The translations under genes were made by a program, and so were the position numbers. From an uncultured virus (IMG/VR IMGVR_UViG_3300049913_000012) (Duplodnaviria > Heunggongvirae > Uroviricota > Caudoviricetes), in IMG/VR virus record IMGVR_UViG_3300049913_000012: a stretch of 20,000 nucleotides of DNA; one strand, 5' to 3'. Position 1 is the stretch's first letter, and each line of letters starts with the position of its first letter. The notes below the pieces were generated by a model. It did no database searches. It was given only the letters and a program-made list of their open reading frames with translations, and was not told the origin of the DNA. Positions 1-7,367 of the stretch are shown here, piece after piece.

Positions 1-122
1 ACAATCACAAGTCTATGCTTGTGAAAGTCTACTGTATTATAGAGACTAGTAAGTGTTCTTTGGGTAAGAGCGCTACGCTTGTTCTCTTCGGTATCCCATA
101 CTGCTATCGTTATTAGAGCCAT
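1..122 (-). CDS. Partial CDS (runs off the window), probable GT2/GT-A family glycosyltransferase N-terminus
   Basis: Manual translation from ATG at 122 gives MALITIAVWDTEENKRSALTQRTLTSLYNTVDFHKHRLVI..., which fits the GT2 N-terminal pattern (I.I....T..L.SL......LIIVD). An AGGAGAGG RBS lies upstream. Not in the ORF track because it is truncated. Confidence 0.5.
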   Translation of the reverse strand, partial: MALITIAVWDTEENKRSALTQRTLTSLYNTVDFHKHRLVI

Positions 123-131
123 TTCCTCTCC

Positions 132-302
132 TCACTCATTCTCGTGCCAGTCATTACGAGCGCCCTGCTGCCATTCCTGACGACCATGTTTCTCATCGTC
201 TTTGTATGAAGCAAAGCACCAGCTAGCTACAAGTATCCCTAGTATGCCTCCAATAACTAACCCCACAAAGCATCCTATACTGCCAATCAACCACCAGGGC
301 AT
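132..302 (-). CDS. Small single-pass membrane protein
   Basis: ORF track 132..323; the start is more likely ATG at 302 (MPWWLIG...) behind an AGGAGG RBS. Hydrophobic stretch followed by a charged tail. Confidence 0.6.
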   Translation of the reverse strand: MPWWLIGSIGCFVGLVIGGILGILVASWCFASYKDDEKHGRQEWQQGARNDWHENE

Positions 303-303
303 G

Positions 304-1248
304 TTACCTCCTATGTGGTACATTGTAGATATGAAGTAGCTTTAGTTCGTAGAGTTGGATTCCTTCCCATTCTCCATTATCACCAGAATAACAAGTAGCA
401 ATGTATTTATAAATGAGAGAATCACTATCACTAAAGTACTTCCCATAAGGTTGGTAGGTACTACTTTTTATGGAATAGATATACATCTTTCCATTAGTAG
501 TCACAAGAATTATATCCCCGACCTTGAGCTCAAGCCAGCCTGTTTCCCACATTCTATGCGCCCATATCGTACCTCGATATGCTGCTGCTCCATGCAGCGT
601 GGCTGGTAGGAGCAGGGAACCACCAGGAGCGTTTACGCCAGCATAAAGGCTGTATGAGTAGCCATCCATATCTACTAGCCCCACAAGCTCACCTGGGTAT
701 TCATTTTGGTATGCTCCAAAAGCATCTGCTGGTACTGGAGGAAACGGAGTCTCGGTAGGGACAGGAGGTGTGGTTGAAGTAGGCGTTGGTACAGCGGTTG
801 ACGTACTAGTAGCAGTTGGAGTAGGTGTACTCGGTGGTTGTGTGGCAGTACTAGTAGGTGTAGGCGAGGGATCAACCTCAGGTGTTGGTGTCGGTGATGG
901 GTCTACTTCTGGAGTTGGCGTAGCCGTTGGCGTATTCGTGGGAATAGTCGTTGGACTAGCAGTTGGAGTGTCCGTAGGAGTACTCGTTGCTGTCTCCGTT
1001 GCTGTCGCTGTTGGTGTATCTGTAGGAATGTTTGTAGGCGTTTCAGTCGGCGTTGGAGTAGCAGTTGATGTCTCCGTTGGAGTATTTGTTGGTGTGTCAG
1101 TTGGAGTGGCACTTGGAACCTCCGTATTCGTTGGAGTAGGAGTCTCAGTAGGACAATTAGGATCAATCGGACTTGCTCTCGTAGTACCAGCAGCAATAAG
1201 GGCTAAAGCAATAAGAAGTACAACAGCAGCAATATATACAGTTTTCAT
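304..1248 (-). CDS. Secreted/membrane-anchored Pro/Thr-rich protein with C-terminal sortase-like domain
   Basis: N-terminal signal/TM ([21 protein letters not shown]) and a ~145-aa PT-repeat linker. C-terminal motifs WAHR...LKVGDIILV...YIYSI...IATCY match the sortase His and T-C motifs. Confidence 0.65.
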   Translation of the reverse strand: MKTVYIAAVVLLIALALIAAGTTRASPIDPNCPTETPTPTNTEVPSATPTDTPTNTPTETSTATPTPTETPTNIPTDTPTATATETATSTPTDTPTASPTTIPTNTPTATPTPEVDPSPTPTPEVDPSPTPTSTATQPPSTPTPTATSTSTAVPTPTSTTPPVPTETPFPPVPADAFGAYQNEYPGELVGLVDMDGYSYSLYAGVNAPGGSLLLPATLHGAAAYRGTIWAHRMWETGWLELKVGDIILVTTNGKMYIYSIKSSTYQPYGKYFSDSDSLIYKYIATCYSGDNGEWEGIQLYELKLLHIYNVPHRR

Positions 1249-1277
1249 TCATTCTCCTCTCAATTTCATAAAGGTAT

Positions 1278-1475
1278 AAAGATGCAAGGGTTGGCTCACA
1301 CGCCTCCTTATACGCTAACTAGAGTATTCAAGCACTAGCCATCCTTTGTAGCCTTGCATCTTTGCAAGCCCTAGCAGTCCCTGACATTCGCAGGCATTTG
1401 TCCCATTCGTGAGTATGACGCTATAAAAGCACATCAAGGCATACTCATGAGTAAAAGTGCATCCTACTAGAGCTT
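1278..1475. other. Structured intergenic region: two long stem-loops (candidate ncRNA, regulatory leader or terminator)
   Basis: Perfect 12-bp inverted repeat AAAGATGCAAGG (1278-1289)/CCTTGCATCTTT (1352-1363). Second stem AAGCCCTAGCAG (1366-1377)/CTACTAGAGCTT (1464-1475) encloses TGAGTATG (1410-1417)/CATACTCA (1440-1447). Confidence 0.5.
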
Positions 1476-1490
1476 ATCCACATTGCAAGA

Positions 1491-1871
1491 CTACTTGGTC
1501 TTCGGGGTACGCTTGGCCTTTGGAACAGACTCGGTAGTCTTTGCCACGTCTTCAGTTTTTGGCTGGAAGGGTGGCACGATTCCTAAATGAGCCCAAATTC
1601 CATCAGGAGTAGCTTTGGCATTTATCGCCTGATTGATGGTAGCACGTAGGTTATCGAAGTACTTGGTGCGAGCATGCAGTGTTAGTGGTGCTGGTGCTGC
1701 AAGAGCATCCCACTCTGCACGATCTTGCTTGGTGAAGTTATACTGTTTTGCCAATTCATCAATGGTCACTTTATCTTGCACATATTTCTGCACGACCATA
1801 AAGAACGGTTCTAGCGGTAGCCAGCGTTTCTGGTCTTTCTCTAACTTTAGAAACCTCTCTATCAATGCCAT
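1491..1871 (-). CDS. Hypothetical protein, basic C-terminal tail
   Basis: 126-aa ORF with an AAGGAGA RBS, co-oriented with its neighbours. Confidence 0.7.
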   Translation of the reverse strand: MALIERFLKLEKDQKRWLPLEPFFMVVQKYVQDKVTIDELAKQYNFTKQDRAEWDALAAPAPLTLHARTKYFDNLRATINQAINAKATPDGIWAHLGIVPPFQPKTEDVAKTTESVPKAKRTPKTK

Positions 1872-1895
1872 AATATTCTCCTTATTTTGAGTATT

Positions 1896-2039
1896 CTAGA
1901 ATAGGAATGCAGCAGCAAAAGAAGCAGCACCCCACCATCCACTTACTTTGCCGATAGCTGCTATGATGAACAGCACAACCGCAACAATCAGCAGGACAGT
2001 ACGTAGGTTGAACACAAACGATCTAGGATTTTCAGCCAC
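1896..2039 (-). CDS. 47-aa hydrophobic protein, candidate holin
   Basis: Manual translation from a GTG start with AGGAGG RBS (2044-2049): MAENPRSFVFNLRTVLLIVAVVLFIIAAIGKVSGWWGAASFAAAFLF. Two hydrophobic segments; lies directly downstream of the endolysin. Confidence 0.55.
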   Translation of the reverse strand: MAENPRSFVFNLRTVLLIVAVVLFIIAAIGKVSGWWGAASFAAAFLF

Positions 2040-2053
2040 AATGCCTCCTTTCT

Positions 2054-2821
2054 TTATATAGTCCATCCATGAGCAATAGCTTGTAGCTTCAATCTGGCTA
2101 CATCAGCTTCGAGGGCAGCTACACGCTGCTCAAGAGTAATCTGAGGTAGCAAACTACCCCACCATGTCTGGAGGTTGATTAGGGTATCGTTCCACTCGAT
2201 GATGTCCATCGGGCGATTGGCACATCCAGGCAGGATATAACGATCAGCAGAGCACTGCCATCCTTTTAGGGGGCCAGGGCATCTCTTCTGAGGGTCTGGG
2301 TTCCATCCATATGTGACTAGTCTAGTATTCAGGTCAGCCCATGTTATCTCAATCCTTCCGTCAGGATATAGATAATTAGGATACCTAGCCCAACAATAAT
2401 CTACATTGGTTGGCCAGTAAGATAGGTTGCCCAAGAACCACTGCCCTGTATAGAGGACATGAGTATAGCGATACCTGGATGTTATCAGGTAGTAGTTGGC
2501 TACTTCTCTGGCATAGTCTGCTGCTGGATAGTCCTTCTTCACCACCTCAATATCATCCATGACCTTAGTAACTTCCTCGGTAGGTATGGTATCAAGTAGG
2601 AACTCTGCGTTTACTTTTCCTGAAACCCAAGGATTATAAACGAAGTATGGTGCTCTCAGAAACGACTCGCACTGTTCCCACTCAGTAGTGAAGTTGGCGT
2701 CTGGATGGTGTCCACCATTCATGTCATTCAAACGGATGAAGACGAACTTTACACCAGCCTCCAGAATGATTGATTCGTTGATGTCTAATGATCCTTCCCA
2801 AACATCTATGCCTGTTATCAT
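2054..2821 (-). CDS. GH25 muramidase (endolysin)
   Basis: GIDVW N-terminal motif, GVKFVFIR, DIE catalytic motif, LYTG..F and WQCS.....G...MD follow the GH25 pattern. Short C-terminal coiled coil (TLEQRVAALEADV). Start moved to ATG 2821, which overlaps the upstream stop (ATGA). Confidence 0.8.
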   Translation of the reverse strand: MITGIDVWEGSLDINESIILEAGVKFVFIRLNDMNGGHHPDANFTTEWEQCESFLRAPYFVYNPWVSGKVNAEFLLDTIPTEEVTKVMDDIEVVKKDYPAADYAREVANYYLITSRYRYTHVLYTGQWFLGNLSYWPTNVDYCWARYPNYLYPDGRIEITWADLNTRLVTYGWNPDPQKRCPGPLKGWQCSADRYILPGCANRPMDIIEWNDTLINLQTWWGSLLPQITLEQRVAALEADVARLKLQAIAHGWTI

Positions 2822-3024
2822 GCTTGAGTCTCCTGTTTCTCCCCACAGAAGGGACAATAGGCTGCGGTGAGCCTCACTGGGCCTTCTCGCACATGACTAT
2901 TGATCTTCTCAGTGGCAATGGCGATGCGAGTATCAAAGCCATTCTTGTTCCACATAACTGTGGGGGTTAGTCTGGTATTTTGCTTGGCTAACTCTAAATT
3001 CACTTTCTTATAGCAATCACACAT
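2818..3024 (-). CDS. Small Cys-rich hypothetical protein
   Basis: 68 aa with an N-terminal CxC and a C-terminal YCPFCG motif, common in small phage zinc-binding ORFs. Confidence 0.7.
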   Translation of the reverse strand: MCDCYKKVNLELAKQNTRLTPTVMWNKNGFDTRIAIATEKINSHVREGPVRLTAAYCPFCGEKQETQA

Positions 3025-3027
3025 ATA

Positions 3028-4116
3028 TCACATCCTTGGTCGTTGATTAGCGACCTCTATGAATTTTCTAGGATTTGTCTTTAGAAAAAGAATCTGCGCC
3101 AGGATATGGTCGTACAACGGATAGTCAGAATGAGGGGTAGTGCTATTGCTACCTACATTCAGGCAATATACATCATTTCCGCTATACACATTGTAGGTAG
3201 GAGGAGCCATGAAAGCTGGTTCGTTGTCACAGGCAGCATCAATCCTGAACACACCTATCTTAGTCCAGACAGTAACAGTGCTGAATGACTTGAACTCATC
3301 AAGCTCTGAAGCGGAGAGACACGAGAGAAATAGATTGAGCGCTTTTTCTTTGGATGCTATCTGCTCCTTTATTACTTTATCCATTCTCTCGTGCTGCTGC
3401 TCCATGACACGGAACGACTCTCGTTGACCACCAGCTTCGCCTACCATGAAACCACAACTTCCTGCGGTAGCCATGCTACGGAGAGCATTTATTAGCTGCT
3501 CGTTGAGTTCATTGACCGATTCTCCAAATGCTTGACGATGCTCTCGCATTTCATCAGGCGTTATGTTGCGATTAGGAACAGGTTCAGTTACTGTTGACAT
3601 CATTCTCTCTTGAGCAGGGCCACCCCATTGAGCTCTCCACATTGCGGAATTAGCTAGGTGAACAACTAGCTTACGTCCTGCTTCATAAGCTGGAATAGGA
3701 TTAGGGTTGCCAAATTCACGGATGTCTGGAACTTCCATACAGATAACTTCTGCTCGTTCAACATGGTAGCCCTGCCTTATTATGCCTAGGCAAGTTTCCC
3801 AGGCTTGATTTTTATCAGTAAAGACTTGATGCTCATAGTCGTTTAGGAAAAGATCAACAAAGCGAGCTTCACGAGTAAAGAAAAACTCATGTAGTCCCTC
3901 CATAAAGCCCCTTCTAGAAATTATTGTTGCCATAGCTACATCCTCGTCCGTGATGTATGGTGCTCCAAAGATAGCCTCAGGGGTATGTTGTGCATACACA
4001 ACTCTACAGTCGTGATTGCGTGCCCTTTTTCCCTTTATTATTGTAGTAATTATACCTAGCCAAGAGAAAAGCAAGCCAGATATGGCTACCAAAGGAGCAA
4101 AAACTTGAGGATCCAC
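3028..4116 (-). CDS. Hypothetical protein with N-terminal TM helix and a conserved-looking C-terminal domain
   Basis: 362-aa ORF with a hydrophobic N-terminus and C-terminal FRID...YNVY...YCL...P.YDHILAQILFLK...F...AN. Its start overlaps the stop of the upstream ORF. Confidence 0.75.
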   Translation of the reverse strand: MDPQVFAPLVAISGLLFSWLGIITTIIKGKRARNHDCRVVYAQHTPEAIFGAPYITDEDVAMATIISRRGFMEGLHEFFFTREARFVDLFLNDYEHQVFTDKNQAWETCLGIIRQGYHVERAEVICMEVPDIREFGNPNPIPAYEAGRKLVVHLANSAMWRAQWGGPAQERMMSTVTEPVPNRNITPDEMREHRQAFGESVNELNEQLINALRSMATAGSCGFMVGEAGGQRESFRVMEQQHERMDKVIKEQIASKEKALNLFLSCLSASELDEFKSFSTVTVWTKIGVFRIDAACDNEPAFMAPPTYNVYSGNDVYCLNVGSNSTTPHSDYPLYDHILAQILFLKTNPRKFIEVANQRPRM

Positions 4117-4343
4117 TACCCTCCAGAGACTTGAGGAACAGCAATTACCTGAACATGCTTTTGGAAGAGTTTATCTATCAGTGTAGTATCCTTAGTCTCA
4201 GGATCGACAGAGAATAGGGTAAAGCCAGCCTTACCTAATTCCTCGAACTTAGTCTGAGCTTTCTGAAACTCTGTCTCGATTGCAGGATCATATTGAAATG
4301 GAGTATCTCCACCAGTACCTAAAACTCTGATCGTATTCTTCAT
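4116..4343 (-). CDS. 75-aa protein ending in di-glycine (VIAVPQVSGG); possible ubiquitin-like/beta-grasp protein
   Basis: ORF with an AAGGAG RBS. Its size and C-terminus resemble ThiS/MoaD/Ubl proteins; the fold is unverified. Confidence 0.65.
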   Translation of the reverse strand: MKNTIRVLGTGGDTPFQYDPAIETEFQKAQTKFEELGKAGFTLFSVDPETKDTTLIDKLFQKHVQVIAVPQVSGG

Positions 4344-4357
4344 CTTATATCTCCTTT

Positions 4358-4636
4358 CTATATCTGTAACCCATTCATTAGGGTTTTGATGTGCTTGAAG
4401 ATGGAATTGATACGGATTGATTGTTCCTGTATCGTTCCACCTATCTGAGTTACCTGTTGCTTGAGCTCTGATGTAGTTGGCGTATTGGGTGATACCGCAA
4501 TAGCCGAGATCGGAGCAAGTCTTTTCTCTAACTCGTCAACCAACGACATTAGCTCGCTAATGCAGCCTTCTAGATATGATAGCTGCTCAGGTATCTCTCT
4601 ACCTCTTTCTTGTGCTACTCCACCACTAGACATCAT
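4358..4636 (-). CDS. Hypothetical coiled-coil protein
   Basis: 92-aa ORF with heptad-like Leu/Ile spacing and an ATGA overlap with the upstream gene. Confidence 0.7.
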   Translation of the reverse strand: MMSSGGVAQERGREIPEQLSYLEGCISELMSLVDELEKRLAPISAIAVSPNTPTTSELKQQVTQIGGTIQEQSIRINSIFKHIKTLMNGLQI

Positions 4637-5772
4637 ACTATTTCTCCTTTCACCTTATTGTAAATTTCCTGATAGGTGCTCAGGATTTTATCTATATTCT
4701 TGTCTATATCCTGAGCCATAGCAAACTCTAGACCAGAGTCTACTTTGTCTTTTGCTTCCTGATAGTGATCCATGATTGAGTAGATGGCACTCTTCCAATC
4801 ATAGGAGCTATTCTTGACCCTTGTACCATAAGCTGCTAGTTCTTCAGTAGGTGCAGCCTTTGTGCCAATCCAGGGAATGCCCATGAGGGTAAACTCTAAG
4901 GTCTTTATCCACGATCTACGATTATCGTATACGCCAGATAGCGGAATGAGTCCTAAGTCCCACTCTGCCATGACACTAGGCCACTTCTGAGGCTCGACCC
5001 AATCAATAGGGAAGACCTTGGTAGGGATGTTGATAGCTTCAGGAATACGTCTATCGCCACCAGCTACCCTGATAATAGCATTCTTGCGCTTGGCACATAC
5101 ATCATGTAGAGCGTCAATGAGGCCACTCTTAGTCCAGCTATCCATGTGTGTCCAGCTACCACCCCACCCAATAACAAACTTAGTGTCCCTACTATCATTT
5201 GTTCTTTGCTTTAGTCTCTTGAGAGGTAGATACATCGAGGTAGGGATATAGTTTGGCATGAGAAATAAATTGTTGTTGAAGTCAGACCAGTCCTTTAGGA
5301 TAATAGGAGATGGGCTGGCAACAGCATGCACTAGTTTCATGCCCCACTCTAGTTGCTCTATAGGAGGGTTACTCATTTTTGCACTGCGAAGGTTGCCTTC
5401 CTTATCTTTGGCTTTGATTATGCCTTCATGCCAGAAAGGATAGGTTGCTATTGTCTTTGGCATGAGCTTATAGGCATCGTCTACATCTGCAACAACGATC
5501 TTGCCTAGAGCCATCAATTCTATGAACCGAGGAATAGCAGCAGCCAGGATAAGCCTTTCAACAACCACAATATCAGACCAGTCACAGTACTGCTTGGTGT
5601 TTCCATCACCATTGACAAAGGTATCGAAGGGCAGGGTAAGTGCTCTAGATGCACCACTTCCTGATCCACTGGTGTCTGCTAATAGATTGATCGCCAAGGC
5701 AGGGTTGAGGCAGCGCCATTGTGAAGTATTCCATTCTTTTTCATTGTCTGCATAGACAAATAAGATATTCAT
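4633..5772 (-). CDS. GT-B fold glycosyltransferase (GT4-like)
   Basis: WRCLNPA, IVADVDDAY, PNYI, IGWGGSWTH and WDLGLIPL...YDNRRSWIKTLEF..MGIPWI follow the GT-B C-terminal K..E motif pattern. Confidence 0.85.
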   Translation of the reverse strand: MNILFVYADNEKEWNTSQWRCLNPALAINLLADTSGSGSGASRALTLPFDTFVNGDGNTKQYCDWSDIVVVERLILAAAIPRFIELMALGKIVVADVDDAYKLMPKTIATYPFWHEGIIKAKDKEGNLRSAKMSNPPIEQLEWGMKLVHAVASPSPIILKDWSDFNNNLFLMPNYIPTSMYLPLKRLKQRTNDSRDTKFVIGWGGSWTHMDSWTKSGLIDALHDVCAKRKNAIIRVAGGDRRIPEAINIPTKVFPIDWVEPQKWPSVMAEWDLGLIPLSGVYDNRRSWIKTLEFTLMGIPWIGTKAAPTEELAAYGTRVKNSSYDWKSAIYSIMDHYQEAKDKVDSGLEFAMAQDIDKNIDKILSTYQEIYNKVKGEIV

Positions 5773-6767
5773 TTGAGTACTCCTTCAATAGCTTCTTTCC
5801 ATACCTTAGACATCTTGGTCATTTCTCGTCCTCTAGCAGCATCGTGTCCGTTTCTGGCTATTGTTTTAGCTTCATCAGGGTGGGTAAATAGGTACTCCAA
5901 AGCACCATACCATTCATCACTCTCGTGTCCTACTTCAAAGCCACCTCCAGGCCAGTTAGAATAGACAGGCATTTTGGAGCAGATGTAAGGGATCATCTTA
6001 GCACCAGCATCTACTAGTTTGATGTCTGATTTAGCTTGGTTGAACTCATTATCTAGCAGAGGAGCCAGCATCACATCCCAAAGGGACAACATTGCGGGAT
6101 AAACATCGTAGCTAACCATTGGCACAAATAGCTTCTGCTTCTCTGGGATCCTCTTGAGCATGTTGTAGATTTCTGGGTCGCCAGCAATACACACCATAGC
6201 CTGTGGGTACTCTTTGATAAAACGCATGAGTGGATGCACACACATCTTGAAGTCCTCACGGTGAGTAATCGTACCACCCCATCCTATGATGAAGCGATCT
6301 TTGTAGAGTGAGCGCTTGACTAGCCAGTGGAAATTGTCAGCCGACCAGCCATTAGGAATAACCTTGATGTTCTTGTTGATAGGCAGGAGCCTGTCTCTCA
6401 GGATACTGGTGGCTGTAGTTATTAAGCTAGCTGCATAGATGCAGTTGTCCAGCTTCATTAGGTAGTAAGGATCGCCCTTGCCTACAAATTTGTAGCCTGG
6501 GTGTTTCTCTGGGATAGCATGGAAGTCATCGTCCATATCCACAATTACAGGGATACCTAAGCGCCTATAGGCTGTGATTAGCGAGTCGTGGTGCGGTCTA
6601 CTAAAGACGATGGCGTCATAGCCCATTAGAGGTACAAGAGTGCCTTCACGATATTCCAGTGCAGTGAAATCTACCTCGAAGCCTAGCTTATTGAGGTGAA
6701 ATCCTGGTAACTGGCAACGTACAGCATCGCTAACTGTACCTTCTCCTACAAAGAGAATCTTGGTCAT
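5769..6767 (-). CDS. GT-B fold glycosyltransferase (GT4-like)
   Basis: VRCQLPG, VIVDMDDDF, VIPNG, IGWGGTITHREDF and WDVMLAPLLDNEFNQAKSDIKLVDAGA; paralogous to the adjacent gene. Confidence 0.85.
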   Translation of the reverse strand: MTKILFVGEGTVSDAVRCQLPGFHLNKLGFEVDFTALEYREGTLVPLMGYDAIVFSRPHHDSLITAYRRLGIPVIVDMDDDFHAIPEKHPGYKFVGKGDPYYLMKLDNCIYAASLITTATSILRDRLLPINKNIKVIPNGWSADNFHWLVKRSLYKDRFIIGWGGTITHREDFKMCVHPLMRFIKEYPQAMVCIAGDPEIYNMLKRIPEKQKLFVPMVSYDVYPAMLSLWDVMLAPLLDNEFNQAKSDIKLVDAGAKMIPYICSKMPVYSNWPGGGFEVGHESDEWYGALEYLFTHPDEAKTIARNGHDAARGREMTKMSKVWKEAIEGVLK

Positions 6768-7012
6768 TCAGGCACTTTCCTGTACTTAGTGAATGCTTCT
6801 CCACTTTCCCACTCTGTCATAAGCTGGTTGAAAACACCCATAGTTACATGGGCTGAGCCACCACTATGACCATAGGAAGAGAAGGCTTCCGACATTTTCT
6901 CCACTACTGTGCCGAGTTCACCATCATAGTCGGAGTCGTCATCATACATTCCTAACTCCTTTAGGCGTCTGATGAAGTACTCGTGTCTATTTTCATGCGG
7001 ATTGCTATCCAT
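6764..7012 (-). CDS. Conserved-looking phage hypothetical protein (GHSGGSA motif)
   Basis: ORF track 6764..7069. The likely start is ATG at 7012 (MDSNPHE) behind an AAGGAG RBS, which avoids overlap with the upstream structured RNA. Confidence 0.7.
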   Translation of the reverse strand: MDSNPHENRHEYFIRRLKELGMYDDDSDYDGELGTVVEKMSEAFSSYGHSGGSAHVTMGVFNQLMTEWESGEAFTKYRKVPE

Positions 7013-7040
7013 TGTATTCTCCTTTGTTAGTTTAGTTATG

Positions 7041-7178
7041 CTATGTCGGGGGGAGTGGACTTTCACCACTCTGCCAGCCTAGAGTCTATCTCTTATGAGC
7101 AACTGCCACCCGTAGCCAGTTTCCCTCGGATAAGGTTTGTCGCTTCCAGGCCAGTCACATCCGACCTCCCCGACATAG
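7041..7178 (-). ncRNA. Unidentified structured RNA in the tRNA cluster (closing helix plus T-arm-like hairpin)
   Basis: The ends pair over 11 bp (CTATGTCGGGG/CCCCGACATAG). A GAGTGG-TGAAAGT-CCACTC hairpin sits next to the 3' strand, and there are internal stems TCGGAT/ATCCGA and AACTGGCTAC/GTGGCAGTT. Confidence 0.55.
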
Positions 7179-7206
7179 TACGACTTTGTAAGGTTCAGCA
7201 TTCCAG

Positions 7207-7291
7207 CGGAGAGAGCAGGACTTGAACCTGCATACCTTTTGAGGGGTGAGCTGGTTAGCAACCAGTCGCAATACCATTCTGCCATCTCTCC
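7207..7291 (-). tRNA. tRNA-Ser(GCT)
   Basis: GGAGAGA/TCTCTCC acceptor stem, TGGCAGAATGGTATTGCG D region, CTGG-TTGCTAA-CCAG anticodon arm, long variable arm, GCAGG-TTCAAGT-CCTGC T arm, G discriminator. No encoded CCA. Confidence 0.93.
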
Positions 7292-7294
7292 TAA

Positions 7295-7366
7295 TACCTC
7301 CAGCGGGACTCGAACCCACATCCTGAGTTTAGAAAACTCTCGCTCTATCCCTTGAGCTATAGAGGT
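7295..7366 (-). tRNA. tRNA-Arg(TCT)
   Basis: ACCTCTA/TGGAGGT acceptor stem, GCTC-AAGGGATA-GAGC D arm (A20 Arg identity element), GAGT-TTTCTAA-ACTC anticodon arm, GTGGG-TTCGAGT-CCCGC T arm. No encoded CCA. Confidence 0.93.
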
Positions 7367-7367
7367 A

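Noticed and set aside
770..1279. Val/Gly-rich plus-strand ORF and alternative-frame ORFs 675..875 and 903..1196
   Set aside because: They are shadows of the Pro/Thr repeat coding sequence.
1474..1482. Perfect DnaA box TTATCCACA
   Set aside because: It is a single copy with no cluster or AT-rich unwinding element, and is plausible by chance in 20 kb.
7179..7206. Theta/HDV-like ribozyme at the tRNA-Ser 3' end
   Set aside because: I could not build the nested double-pseudoknot pairings from the trailer sequence.
7295..7366. Amber-suppressor (CTA) reading of the tRNA anticodon, implying a recoded phage
   Set aside because: The 7-nt loop TTTCTAA centres on TCT and A20 indicates Arg. Several genes end normally in TAG.
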